The notes under the pieces were generated by a model, which had not been told where the DNA came from, searched no databases, and saw only the letters and a list, made by a program, of their open reading frames with translations. A stretch of DNA of 20,000 nucleotides, taken from the IMG/VR virus record IMGVR_UViG_3300042510_000354, positions 48,418 through 68,417 of that record; one strand, written 5' to 3'. Positions 8,108 through 16,133 of the stretch are shown in pieces. The stretch's first letter is position 1. Each line of letters begins with the position of its first letter. Made by a program: the position numbers and the translations under genes. Source of the stretch: an uncultured virus (IMG/VR IMGVR_UViG_3300042510_000354). Its lineage: Duplodnaviria; Heunggongvirae; Uroviricota; Caudoviricetes.

Positions 8108-9065
8108 TATTCCTGCATCAACATTAACCACTTTTAATAAAACTTATAAACCTTTCTTTCATGATTGGGCTGTAGATTTAACAAAGAAACATGAAGAAAT
8201 TCATTGGACTGAAGATGAAGCTGATTTATCTGAAGATGTATCAGATTGGAAACTAAAGTTAAATGATCAAGAAAAAGAGTTTATTACTCATATCTTAAGA
8301 TTATTTACTCAAGGTGATGTGCAAGTAGGTCAAAACTATTATGACTATTTAATACCTAAATTTAAGAACAATGAAGTTCGGGTTATGCTAGGTTCCTTTG
8401 CTGGCCGTGAAGGTACTCATCAAAGGGCTTATGCACTATTAAATGATACTTTAGGTTTACCTGATGAAGAGTATCATCGATTCTTAGAATATAAAGAAAT
8501 GGCAGATAAGATTGACTTTATGCAATCTAATGATACAGGAACACATTCTGGCGTAGCTTTAACTTTAGCCAAAGGTGTATTTAATGAAGGTGTTGCTTTA
8601 TTCGCTTCATTTGTTATGTTACTTAACTTCCAACGTTTCGGTAAAATGAAAGGTATGGGAACTGTAGTTGAATGGTCTATTCGAGATGAAACAGTACACG
8701 TAGAAGGTGGTGCGGCATTATTCCGTAAGTATTGTGAAGAACATCCTCGTATTATCAATGATGAGTTTAAATCTAAAATTTATCAAATGGCTAAAGAAGC
8801 TGTTGAGTTAGAAGATAGGTTTATTGATCTTGCCTTTACTGGTAATAAAATTGAAGGATTAACTAAAGAAGATGTAAGAAATTATATTAGATTTATCACA
8901 GACCGTCGCCTTATTCAGCTTGGTTTAAAACCAGTATTCCGAGTAAAAGAAAATCCTTTAACTTGGCTTGACTGGGTTTTATCAGGTGTATCTCACGATA
9001 ACTTCTTTGAGAAGCGTGTTACTGAGTATAGTGTTAATGGTATGAATGGTAACTGGGATTGGTAA
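8082..9065 (+). CDS. nrdB: Class Ia ribonucleotide reductase beta subunit
   Basis: Metal ligands and radical Tyr intact: FTQGD, EGTHQRAY, NEGV, RDETVH, FFEKRVTEY. Confidence 0.95.
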   Translation: MNAKLVKDNIPASTLTTFNKTYKPFFHDWAVDLTKKHEEIHWTEDEADLSEDVSDWKLKLNDQEKEFITHILRLFTQGDVQVGQNYYDYLIPKFKNNEVRVMLGSFAGREGTHQRAYALLNDTLGLPDEEYHRFLEYKEMADKIDFMQSNDTGTHSGVALTLAKGVFNEGVALFASFVMLLNFQRFGKMKGMGTVVEWSIRDETVHVEGGAALFRKYCEEHPRIINDEFKSKIYQMAKEAVELEDRFIDLAFTGNKIEGLTKEDVRNYIRFITDRRLIQLGLKPVFRVKENPLTWLDWVLSGVSHDNFFEKRVTEYSVNGMNGNWDW

Positions 9066-9310
9066 TGACTCCATCAGATAAAATTAAACTTACAAATATG
9101 GTTGATCAAGGTGTTAACCATACTTTATCAGCATTAAATGTAACAAATCCAGAAGAAATTATGAATCATTTTGAGAGAGTTTCTTTATCTATTGTAGAAG
9201 GATCTTCTTTTGAAGATTCAGAAGATCTTGTAAAATTCTTTGCAGTATATCTACAAAAGAAAGCGGATAAATTAGGTGTTAAACGTAGTTACGCAGATGA
9301 ACAAAAATAA
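9065..9310 (+). CDS. Hypothetical protein
   Basis: ATG at 9065 in TAATG overlap with the nrdB stop (track start is TTG 9059). Confidence 0.7.
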   Translation: MTPSDKIKLTNMVDQGVNHTLSALNVTNPEEIMNHFERVSLSIVEGSSFEDSEDLVKFFAVYLQKKADKLGVKRSYADEQK

Positions 9311-9476
9311 TACCACAAATTGGCAGGAATTAGAACGTGAAGAAAAACAATTTAAAGATGAACGAAGCTCAAACTCAGATAGACACAAAAGACCTTATAA
9401 GCGAGAGCGACAACAAGGAAGATGGTGGGACGAATACAGTTCCGAAGATGAAGATGACATTGACGGATCAAATTAA
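9297..9476 (+). CDS. Small highly charged hypothetical protein
   Basis: ATG at 9297; basic centre (RHKRPYKRER) and acidic tail (WWDEYSSEDEDD). Confidence 0.6.
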   Translation: MNKNNTTNWQELEREEKQFKDERSSNSDRHKRPYKRERQQGRWWDEYSSEDEDDIDGSN

Positions 9477-9795
9477 AGACTTTGTAGTTAATAGTACTGT
9501 TCATGTCTCTCAGTTTAGGTTAGTTATTGATGATATTAACAAGACAACTACAAAACTTGTTGATGATTTATGGGATACTGGTATTACATTCATTGTAAGT
9601 GGTTCTACAGATTTAGTTGCGTTAAATGAACTAAACAACAAAATTATTAATCGGTCAGGATCTATTGGTCGTTGGAAAGTAACAACTCCAGCAGATATTT
9701 ATCTTGAACCAGCAGAGCTATTTATTTCAACTAAGGAATTATCAGATGAGCAAACTATTCGGTTGCCAGTTCAAAAGCTATTCAAGTGTATTTAA
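9454..9795 (+). CDS. Hypothetical protein (start uncertain: 9448/9454/9460)
   Basis: Open frame 9337-9795; a later start minimises the overlap with the preceding ORF. Confidence 0.6.
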   Translation: MTLTDQIKDFVVNSTVHVSQFRLVIDDINKTTTKLVDDLWDTGITFIVSGSTDLVALNELNNKIINRSGSIGRWKVTTPADIYLEPAELFISTKELSDEQTIRLPVQKLFKCI

Positions 9796-10429
9796 TTCAA
9801 AGGCTAAGCCTAAAGCACCTCAAGAGCCAGAATCTCCAAATCCACCTCAACCTGTAATTCCTGAAGATAATGAAGGTAATTACTATTGGTTTGGAAAGAA
9901 CATTATGCGTAATGGCATTATGTATCTTATGGGTGAAGTAGAAGACGATTCTGTACAGCCTATTATTATGGCTATTATGGAATATAATCTTATGGCTAAA
10001 GAAGATCAACCAACTAAATTAGTACTATTTATTAACAGCCCAGGTGGTTTTGTTTCATCAGCATATCATTTGATTGATACAATTAAACAATCTACCATTC
10101 CAGTAGCTACTATTGGTACTGGTGAAATTGCCTCAGCTGGAGTAATGCTATTAATGGCTGGATCTAAAGGTAATCGATTTATTACTGAAAACTGTTCTGT
10201 AATGTCTCATCAATTCTCTCGTGGAGTAGTTGGTAAAGAACATGAAATAGCTGCTGCTTCAAAAGACTTTCAATTAGATTCCGCAAGAATGCTAACCCAT
10301 TATCGTAAATGTACAGGTAAATCTGTAGCATATATTCGTAAACACTTACTACAACAATCAGATTGTTTCTTCTCTCCAGATGAAGCAGTTATACATGGTA
10401 TTGTAGATGAAGTGATTAAGAATCCATAA
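9746..10429 (+). CDS. clpP: ClpP-like serine protease (peptidase S14)
   Basis: LFINSPGG, catalytic Ser in GEIASAG, His in MSHQ, Asp in SDCFFSPDEA..GIVD; AAGGA RBS 8 nt before ATG 9746. Confidence 0.88.
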   Translation: MSKLFGCQFKSYSSVFNSKAKPKAPQEPESPNPPQPVIPEDNEGNYYWFGKNIMRNGIMYLMGEVEDDSVQPIIMAIMEYNLMAKEDQPTKLVLFINSPGGFVSSAYHLIDTIKQSTIPVATIGTGEIASAGVMLLMAGSKGNRFITENCSVMSHQFSRGVVGKEHEIAAASKDFQLDSARMLTHYRKCTGKSVAYIRKHLLQQSDCFFSPDEAVIHGIVDEVIKNP

Positions 10430-10433
10430 CCCA

Positions 10434-10467
10434 AGCCCTGACTAGAAATAGTTGGGGCTATTTTATT
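10434..10467 (+). terminator. Rho-independent terminator ending the replication module
   Basis: 11-bp stem AGCCCTGACTA/TAGTTGGGGCT (2 G-U pairs), GAAA tetraloop, followed by ATTTTATT; lies just after the clpP stop. Confidence 0.8.
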
Positions 10468-10476
10468 AAGGATACT

Positions 10477-10677
10477 ATGATAAGTGAAAAAGATATTGAA
10501 GATTGGTTACATTATGAACTAAAGGAAGTAGAACAGCAAATGGAAAAGAGTTATTGGCAATTCTCTAATTCATTATGTACTAATGAGGAACTTAAACATT
10601 CTTATAATAAAAGTCTTGGCCAAATCACACGTATTTTAAAGAGGTTAAATGATATCAATTCCAATCGAGAATTATAA
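10477..10677 (+). CDS. Hypothetical protein
   Basis: AAGGA RBS; helical composition. Confidence 0.7.
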   Translation: MISEKDIEDWLHYELKEVEQQMEKSYWQFSNSLCTNEELKHSYNKSLGQITRILKRLNDINSNREL

Positions 10678-10861
10678 ACTACTACTTAAACTTTTAGATA
10701 GATTTAAAAATGAAAGTAAAACAGATGATATTAAAAATGATTTCGAGAATGGTTATGCCTGTGCTAGTCACTATGCTTATGAGGGTCTCTCTGAAGCATT
10801 AGACTCACTTCCTAAATTAAATAAAGTTTGTGCATTATGTAAAAAGGATATAGATGGTTAA
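10649..10861 (+). CDS. Hypothetical protein with C-terminal CxxC
   Basis: GAGG RBS; overlaps both neighbours; CALC near the C-terminus. Confidence 0.65.
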   Translation: MISIPIENYKLLLKLLDRFKNESKTDDIKNDFENGYACASHYAYEGLSEALDSLPKLNKVCALCKKDIDG

Positions 10862-11159
10862 ATCAAATACATTATCAATAGAAGCTAGAAGAGTATTAAA
10901 AGAATACAAACTACTTGGAGAATTAAAAGATTTTAAACCAAAAGCAGATCAGAAAGGAAGAGAACATTTCTTTGCAGATAAGATAGTAGCTATGGCAGTA
11001 AGTAATATTAATAGTAAGCGTAGATTTGAGATGGAAAGTAGAGGAAGAAGGTTTAGTTGGAGGGATACTTATAATCCTCATAACTCCACAATATTTAATA
11101 CAAGAGCTTATATCATCAAGGAACTTACAGATGAAAACACTGACGACATTAGCAAATGA
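10854..11159 (+). CDS. Hypothetical basic protein
   Basis: AAGGA RBS; 101-aa open frame. Confidence 0.7.
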   Translation: MVKSNTLSIEARRVLKEYKLLGELKDFKPKADQKGREHFFADKIVAMAVSNINSKRRFEMESRGRRFSWRDTYNPHNSTIFNTRAYIIKELTDENTDDISK

Positions 11160-11403
11160 ATTGTTAGAGGAAATTCATGCAATTAACAACACTAGTAATT
11201 TTAATTATTCCTCTAGTTACGGGGCATACTTAGCATTACGTATGATTAAATCTAGTAATGTTATTCAGTCAAGATATTCTTTTGAGTGGGATAATATTAG
11301 TCTTCTTCAGGATACACTCGAGCTATTAGAGGATGGCCCACCTACAAGAGTCAGACAAGAAACTCTTGTTAAAATATTGAGTAGGGAAGATGCCACGGCC
11401 TAA
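11131..11403 (+). CDS. Hypothetical protein
   Basis: AAGGA RBS before ATG 11131 (preferred over track start 11026). Confidence 0.65.
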   Translation: MKTLTTLANELLEEIHAINNTSNFNYSSSYGAYLALRMIKSSNVIQSRYSFEWDNISLLQDTLELLEDGPPTRVRQETLVKILSREDATA

Positions 11404-11743
11404 GAAAATAACGACTATTAAAACTATTTGTTCAAGCGAATTAATAGAATTAGTAAGAAGGCGAAGATCACAAATGTTAATACATTCGTGTATCTATTAT
11501 GAACTAAATGAAAGCATAATCTCTGATCATCAGTGGCAAGCATGGGCTGATGAATTACAAAAACTACAAGAAGAACACCCAAGTTGTTTAAGAATTGATT
11601 TTTACGATTGGGAATTTAGAGATTGGGATGGAGCCACTGGAGCACATCTGCCACACAGAAACCCTTGGGTTTTCCAGAAAGCAAATTATATTTTAAATCT
11701 TTCAAGAGAAATAAATGATCACAATTCAAGAGTTAGAAGTTAA
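11390..11743 (+). CDS. Stand-alone NAD+-dependent DNA ligase domain Ia-like protein (Nlig-Ia-like)
   Basis: HSCIYYELNESIISDHQWQAWADELQKLQEEHP resembles LigA Ia H...YY....P.ISDxEYDxLxxELxxLExxHP; no adenylation KxDG domain. Confidence 0.7.
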   Translation: MPRPKKITTIKTICSSELIELVRRRRSQMLIHSCIYYELNESIISDHQWQAWADELQKLQEEHPSCLRIDFYDWEFRDWDGATGAHLPHRNPWVFQKANYILNLSREINDHNSRVRS

Positions 11744-13064
11744 ATTTCCTGTAGTATTAGAGATTCTCCGTATGTCAAGAGATTGGCATGCAAGAGAACA
11801 GAGGGCTTATGAGTTTCACCCTGTGATTAAAGATATCATGAAGAAACATATTCCTGAAAATTATCGTTTGTTAGCACTAGAGTATCCTCATATGTCTGTT
11901 AAGGATGCTAGTAATGTTGCATTTACTCGTGATGAGCGTTCAGGCGACAGTGATCGTCAGACTGTTACTACCTTCGGACGTTATATCCGTAGAATGTTTC
12001 CACAGTTAAAGGATCATGAAATCCGTGACTTTGCTACTAAATGTCGTAATGATACATTTGAGATCTGGGAAGACTCAGATGGTATTATTTTAAGTGTTCA
12101 GAAAGGTCCACGTTCTTGCATGACTTGGGATTCTGCCTATACACCTGGACATGATGAGTATTGTCCTGACTACTTACATCCTTATCGGGTTTATGCACCT
12201 GAACTAGGTTGGAAAGCTGCAGTTAGACTTGACCCTGATACAAAGTCAATCAATGGTCGTGCCTTAGTATGGCATTCTGATGATGAGAAAGAAAAATGTT
12301 TTGTTCGCAGCTATAAGAGAGGAAATGATTATAGCTATGCTGATGAGGCATTAGAGTATTGGTTAAAAGAGAGTGGTTACAAGCACTATGATGGATGGCC
12401 TGATGGCGCTCCATTAAAGTATTTTAGTAACAATAGTGAATTCTTAGCTCCGTATATTGACGGAGAACATCAGCGAGTAAGTAAAAGAAGTGGAATGACT
12501 TATAAAGGGGTTCCACATAGCTTAGTTATTTGTGAAGATGGTGACTTTGAATGTACTAATACTGATGGCGCTCCTTGCAATAGTGCTGATTGTCATTGTA
12601 ATTGTTGCGATGAATACTATAACTCAGATGATATGAGGTCTGTATATGAAGATGATGATGTTTGCTATGATTGTGCAGATAACTATTATGTAATGGCTTA
12701 TGTAGATAGTACTCTCTATAAAGAGCGTATTCATGAAGATAATGTGATTACATTTGAAGGCGAATACTACCATATGGAGTATTTAGATCATCATGATTTA
12801 GTAGAAGTACAAGATGGTGAGTATGCTAAAGAAGAGGATACATATGAGACTAATAGTGACGATATCCGTGTATTAAAATCTGATGTAGGTCCAGAAAAAG
12901 ACTGGGTGCTCTTGCATGATGGTATTGCTTATCCAAGACATGAAGTGTATTGCTGTTACGCATCACTTACTTGGTATTTAATAGATGATGCAGAGCCTGT
13001 AGAATTTAATGGTAAGACTTATCACCCTGAACATTTGCCAGTAACATTGGAAGAAACAGAATGA
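11715..13064 (+). CDS. Hypothetical 449-aa protein: globular N-terminal region (SCM, GRALVW, FVRSY, PYID motifs), CxxC pairs and acidic beta-hairpin-like repeats
   Basis: Long ORF; CNCC..CYDC and repeated xxGxYY/xH units in the C-terminal third; ATGA overlap with the peptidase. Confidence 0.85.
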   Translation: MITIQELEVKFPVVLEILRMSRDWHAREQRAYEFHPVIKDIMKKHIPENYRLLALEYPHMSVKDASNVAFTRDERSGDSDRQTVTTFGRYIRRMFPQLKDHEIRDFATKCRNDTFEIWEDSDGIILSVQKGPRSCMTWDSAYTPGHDEYCPDYLHPYRVYAPELGWKAAVRLDPDTKSINGRALVWHSDDEKEKCFVRSYKRGNDYSYADEALEYWLKESGYKHYDGWPDGAPLKYFSNNSEFLAPYIDGEHQRVSKRSGMTYKGVPHSLVICEDGDFECTNTDGAPCNSADCHCNCCDEYYNSDDMRSVYEDDDVCYDCADNYYVMAYVDSTLYKERIHEDNVITFEGEYYHMEYLDHHDLVEVQDGEYAKEEDTYETNSDDIRVLKSDVGPEKDWVLLHDGIAYPRHEVYCCYASLTWYLIDDAEPVEFNGKTYHPEHLPVTLEETE

Positions 13065-14206
13065 AGACTCAATTAATCAAAGATCTAGAATATGCGTTAT
13101 CCTTCAAGAGACCACATGGTGGAACTGGAGTAACTGCGCTATGTAACTATATTGTAGAACGTGTTGGTGAGGGAGATCTATCCGTAGATTTCTGTGGTAA
13201 TATTCATGTTGACATGAGAGATGATTCATCTAACGAAACTATGTTTACTGCTCACGTAGACACTGTACATCGTGAAGATGGCTTTAATACTTTTAAATAT
13301 GAGGGCCAATACTTATTAGCTGATGGTGGAAAACCTCTTGGCGCTGATGACGGTGCAGGTGTTGCTATTTTACTTCATATGATTGACCATAGAGTACCTG
13401 GTTACTATGTGTTCTTTCAAGGCGAAGAAAAAGGCGGTATCGGTTCTAGCTGGCTAGCGTTAAATGATCAAGAATTAGTTGAACAGTTTACTAGAGCAAT
13501 TACATTCGATCGTAAAGGAACTCACAGTGTTATTACTCATCAAATGTGTGGTCGTACTTGTTCTGATGATTTTGCTTACGCATTATCTGATCAGCTTAAC
13601 GATTTATGCGGTGATTTTATGTATGTTCCTGATGATACTGGTGTTTATACTGATACTGCTGAATTCTCTGGAATAATCCCTGAATGTACTAATATTAGTG
13701 TTGGTTATTATTCTGAACATACACCTAATGAAAAATTAGATATAATTCACTTTGAAGACTTAGCTAAAGCTGTATTAGAAATGCAATGGGATAAATTACC
13801 AGTAGTTCGTGATCCAAGTTTACCAGATCCAGATGAGCTTGCGCCTACTTATTATACCTCATTCCCTACCTATAATAAAGATGCTTATGGCTATAGTAAC
13901 TATGGAACTCCTTCTGCTGATTATGGTTTAGATAACGATGAAGATCCTGTAGGTCCAACAACATATACGGAAGAAGCTACTGCGTTGATTGATTGTTTAG
14001 CAGATGCTAAGTTTGGTTTAAAGACAGAGTTATTAAACTTAGTAGCTAACTTTATTCATCCTGAAAATCCAGATACTGCAATTAAATTCTTAAATAGAAA
14101 TGCATTAACAGAGGAAGTTATTCTTGATGCAGAAGATATGATTCGTGTAGGTTATGAAGAGCATCAAGTAATTGAGTATTTGTTTGATATATTATACAAG
14201 GAGTAA
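13061..14206 (+). CDS. M28/M20-clan Zn metallopeptidase with C-terminal extension
   Basis: FTAHVDTV, LGADDGAG, GEEKGGIGS, FDRKG, GYYSEHT metal-ligand motifs. Confidence 0.85.
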   Translation: MKTQLIKDLEYALSFKRPHGGTGVTALCNYIVERVGEGDLSVDFCGNIHVDMRDDSSNETMFTAHVDTVHREDGFNTFKYEGQYLLADGGKPLGADDGAGVAILLHMIDHRVPGYYVFFQGEEKGGIGSSWLALNDQELVEQFTRAITFDRKGTHSVITHQMCGRTCSDDFAYALSDQLNDLCGDFMYVPDDTGVYTDTAEFSGIIPECTNISVGYYSEHTPNEKLDIIHFEDLAKAVLEMQWDKLPVVRDPSLPDPDELAPTYYTSFPTYNKDAYGYSNYGTPSADYGLDNDEDPVGPTTYTEEATALIDCLADAKFGLKTELLNLVANFIHPENPDTAIKFLNRNALTEEVILDAEDMIRVGYEEHQVIEYLFDILYKE

Positions 14207-14208
14207 AC

Positions 14209-14406
14209 ATGAAACTAGTTTATGATGATACAGGTCGTTGTGTAATGGAAGGAGATAAAGTTAAAACCTTCCGTGGTGATCTTTGTGAAATTGTTAGTTT
14301 CGTTAAACCACATAACTCTAGTTCTACTGGATTAGTATATGTAAAGAAAAATAATATGGTAAGCGGATTTTATCCATCAGTAGTAGGAGCAACTTGGATT
14401 GATTAA
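14209..14406 (+). CDS. Hypothetical small beta-rich (SH3/KOW-like) protein
   Basis: AAGGAG RBS; GDKV..FRG and YPSV motifs. Confidence 0.7.
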   Translation: MKLVYDDTGRCVMEGDKVKTFRGDLCEIVSFVKPHNSSSTGLVYVKKNNMVSGFYPSVVGATWID

Positions 14407-14566
14407 AGTAGTAAATAAGTTAATTCGAGAGCAAGATAAAATCGTTAAACGATTCTTGCTATTAAGCCTAATACAAATCTCAGGAGAAGCAACAGTTGAC
14501 ACTCTAGACGAGTTAGCTATTTTAAGAAAAGAACTTTATAGGGTAATCGAGAATGAACGCCAATAA
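14399..14566 (+). CDS. Hypothetical 55-aa helical protein (not in ORF track)
   Basis: TTG start with AGGAG 9 nt upstream; MIKVVNKLIREQDKIVKRFLLLSLIQISGEATVDTLDELAILRKELYRVIENERQ; fills the gap exactly. Confidence 0.6.
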   Translation: MIKVVNKLIREQDKIVKRFLLLSLIQISGEATVDTLDELAILRKELYRVIENERQ

Positions 14567-14807
14567 AAATGTTAAATTGGAGCAAGTCATCATTGCATAT
14601 AATCGTTTTAAACCAGAGAAAGACGGTACAATTAAAGTTCAATTATTAGATAAAAAGACAAGGCAAATATTAGCACAAATCTATATAAAGAAAGTTTTAT
14701 TAGAAAAGACATTTGAAGAACTTCAGGTATTTATGAGATTCAAATTCAAGAGAGAGTTTGGATTTATATTACCTAAAACATGGACATTCTTAGGAAACAC
14801 AGTATGA
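14553..14807 (+). CDS. Hypothetical basic protein
   Basis: 84-aa ORF overlapping both neighbours. Confidence 0.65.
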   Translation: MNANKNVKLEQVIIAYNRFKPEKDGTIKVQLLDKKTRQILAQIYIKKVLLEKTFEELQVFMRFKFKREFGFILPKTWTFLGNTV

Positions 14808-14983
14808 AAATAGTTTATACTCTTGAAGATTTATTTGGCTATCCAATTGGTGATGTAACTGAAGACCCTAATGATAATACATTTACTGCTTATCATTATG
14901 ATTCAGATAATATCTATGGACCATTTAAAACTAAAGAAGATGCAGAAGTATTTTTAAACAAGGTTGAATATGATCTCAGATGA
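14804..14983 (+). CDS. Hypothetical protein
   Basis: ATGA overlap at 14804, AGGA RBS; C-terminal GPFKTKEDAE motif typical of small phage proteins. Confidence 0.65.
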   Translation: MKIVYTLEDLFGYPIGDVTEDPNDNTFTAYHYDSDNIYGPFKTKEDAEVFLNKVEYDLR

Positions 14984-15200
14984 AGAACATGCAAAAGTAG
15001 TTGAGTTAGTTTATGCTCATGACTATTATCTACATATATTTAATACTGTAAGAAAGTATTATATTGATCGTAATATGAAGATGAATACCCCTTATTTCTG
15101 GAATGACTTTTGGATTGAATTGCCAGATAATGCATCAATCCGTAGAGCACCCTTCTGGGACATCTGTAATTTAGCAGAGCGGATTTATGACACTAACTGA
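14970..15200 (+). CDS. Hypothetical protein
   Basis: ATG 14970 with AAGG upstream; Trp/Tyr-rich. Confidence 0.65.
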   Translation: MISDEEHAKVVELVYAHDYYLHIFNTVRKYYIDRNMKMNTPYFWNDFWIELPDNASIRRAPFWDICNLAERIYDTN

Positions 15201-15405
15201 AATATGTAAAAAGCACAAGGAAGAAATTCCTAATTTTTTAGAAAGATGGGATATGTCAGACGAATTATTTCAAGACCTTTATGATTATTATTTTGATGAT
15301 ATACCCTATGGTATAAAGAAAGCTAGAACAGGTGATCCTGAAGAGTGGGTTGCTGAACGTTTTAATGATGATGTTTATTGTGAAATGGAGTTGAAGTTAG
15401 AATGA
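15187..15405 (+). CDS. Acidic hypothetical protein with PYG..KARTGDP..W motif
   Basis: 72-aa ORF; motif recalled from other uncharacterised phage proteins (not verified). Confidence 0.7.
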   Translation: MTLTEICKKHKEEIPNFLERWDMSDELFQDLYDYYFDDIPYGIKKARTGDPEEWVAERFNDDVYCEMELKLE

Positions 15406-15545
15406 GCGATGTAGAAAAATACTATGATGCTATTCGTGCTAAATGGCCTGAACCTTTACCTGATTGGCATAGGCTAGGAATCCAACGACAGCAAATGGTA
15501 ATCCAGTCCATTAATATCTTAATCCAAGCTTTACACATGAGGTAA
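15402..15545 (+). CDS. Hypothetical 47-aa protein (not in ORF track)
   Basis: ATGA overlap; MSDVEKYYDAIRAKWPEPLPDWHRLGIQRQQMVIQSINILIQALHMR; ends 1 nt before the next ATG. Confidence 0.7.
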   Translation: MSDVEKYYDAIRAKWPEPLPDWHRLGIQRQQMVIQSINILIQALHMR

Positions 15546-15546
15546 T

Positions 15547-15828
15547 ATGAGTACAACTAAAGTTTATTTCAGAGATCACGATTATACTTTTAAATATGGA
15601 AGTTTATTTCTTGATTGTAAAATTGAGTATGAGCCAGGTGAGAGGGGTTCTCGAGAATACGGTACAGGTCTACAACTTGACCCAGATTATGATGCGGTAG
15701 CAAATGTAATCTCTGTTAGTCTTAAAGGGGTAGATGTTACAGATATTATTAAGGAAGATATTCTTGATGAAATCAGTGATGCATTTTTAAACCAAAAAGA
15801 TATTGACTGGGATTACGATTACGAGTAA
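15547..15828 (+). CDS. Acidic hypothetical protein
   Basis: GAGGT RBS; 93-aa ORF; TAATG overlap downstream. Confidence 0.75.
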   Translation: MSTTKVYFRDHDYTFKYGSLFLDCKIEYEPGERGSREYGTGLQLDPDYDAVANVISVSLKGVDVTDIIKEDILDEISDAFLNQKDIDWDYDYE

Positions 15829-16133
15829 TGACTAAGCATGCCCTGACTGCTATCTTATATGATAAGAAGGGACGTGTACTTTCTGTAGGTCAAAATAATT
15901 ATGTGAAGAGCCACCCTCTTATGGCAAAACATGCTGTGGGGGTTGGTGAACCATATAAAATATATTTACACGCAGAGGTACATGCTATTCTTAGATGTAA
16001 GGATTTAAACAAAGCTCACAGAATCTTTGTAGCTAGATACGGCAGACAGGGTGATTCATTAAATGCCAAACCTTGTCCGATCTGTATGTCAGCTATTAAA
16101 GAGGCTGGTATTAAAATAATTGAACACACATGA
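15828..16133 (+). CDS. Small cytidine/dCMP deaminase-superfamily protein
   Basis: LSVGQN, LHAEVHAI and AKPCPIC Zn-binding motifs. Confidence 0.85.
   Translation: MTKHALTAILYDKKGRVLSVGQNNYVKSHPLMAKHAVGVGEPYKIYLHAEVHAILRCKDLNKAHRIFVARYGRQGDSLNAKPCPICMSAIKEAGIKIIEHT

Noticed and set aside
6597..8758. ORFs 6597-6899 (+), 6619-6816, 7252-7461 and 8474-8758 (-)
   Set aside because: Nested in conserved nrdA/nrdB coding sequence with no independent signals
6104..9065. Possible intron or intein in the RNR genes (also checked polA and helicase)
   Set aside because: Frames are continuous, motif spacing is normal and there are no intein C...HN motifs; the extra NrdA length is the Grx domain
9276..9745. 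Long overlaps implied by track starts 9276, 9337 and 9704
   Set aside because: Downstream starts (9297, ~9454, 9746 with RBS) remove most of the overlap; no evidence for extensive dual coding or frameshifting
11390..11743. Functional DNA ligase or ligase pseudogene
   Set aside because: No KxDG adenylation motif or further ligase fragments in the neighbouring translated ORFs; treated as a stand-alone Ia-like domain
14494..14523. AGTTGACACTCTAGA as a third SP6-like promoter, or TTGACA-16-TATTTT as a sigma70 promoter
   Set aside because: Lies inside a plausible ORF, lacks the AAAACTACC upstream part and matches the window's own core at only 11/15; the -10 box is weak and such hexamers are frequent in AT-rich DNA
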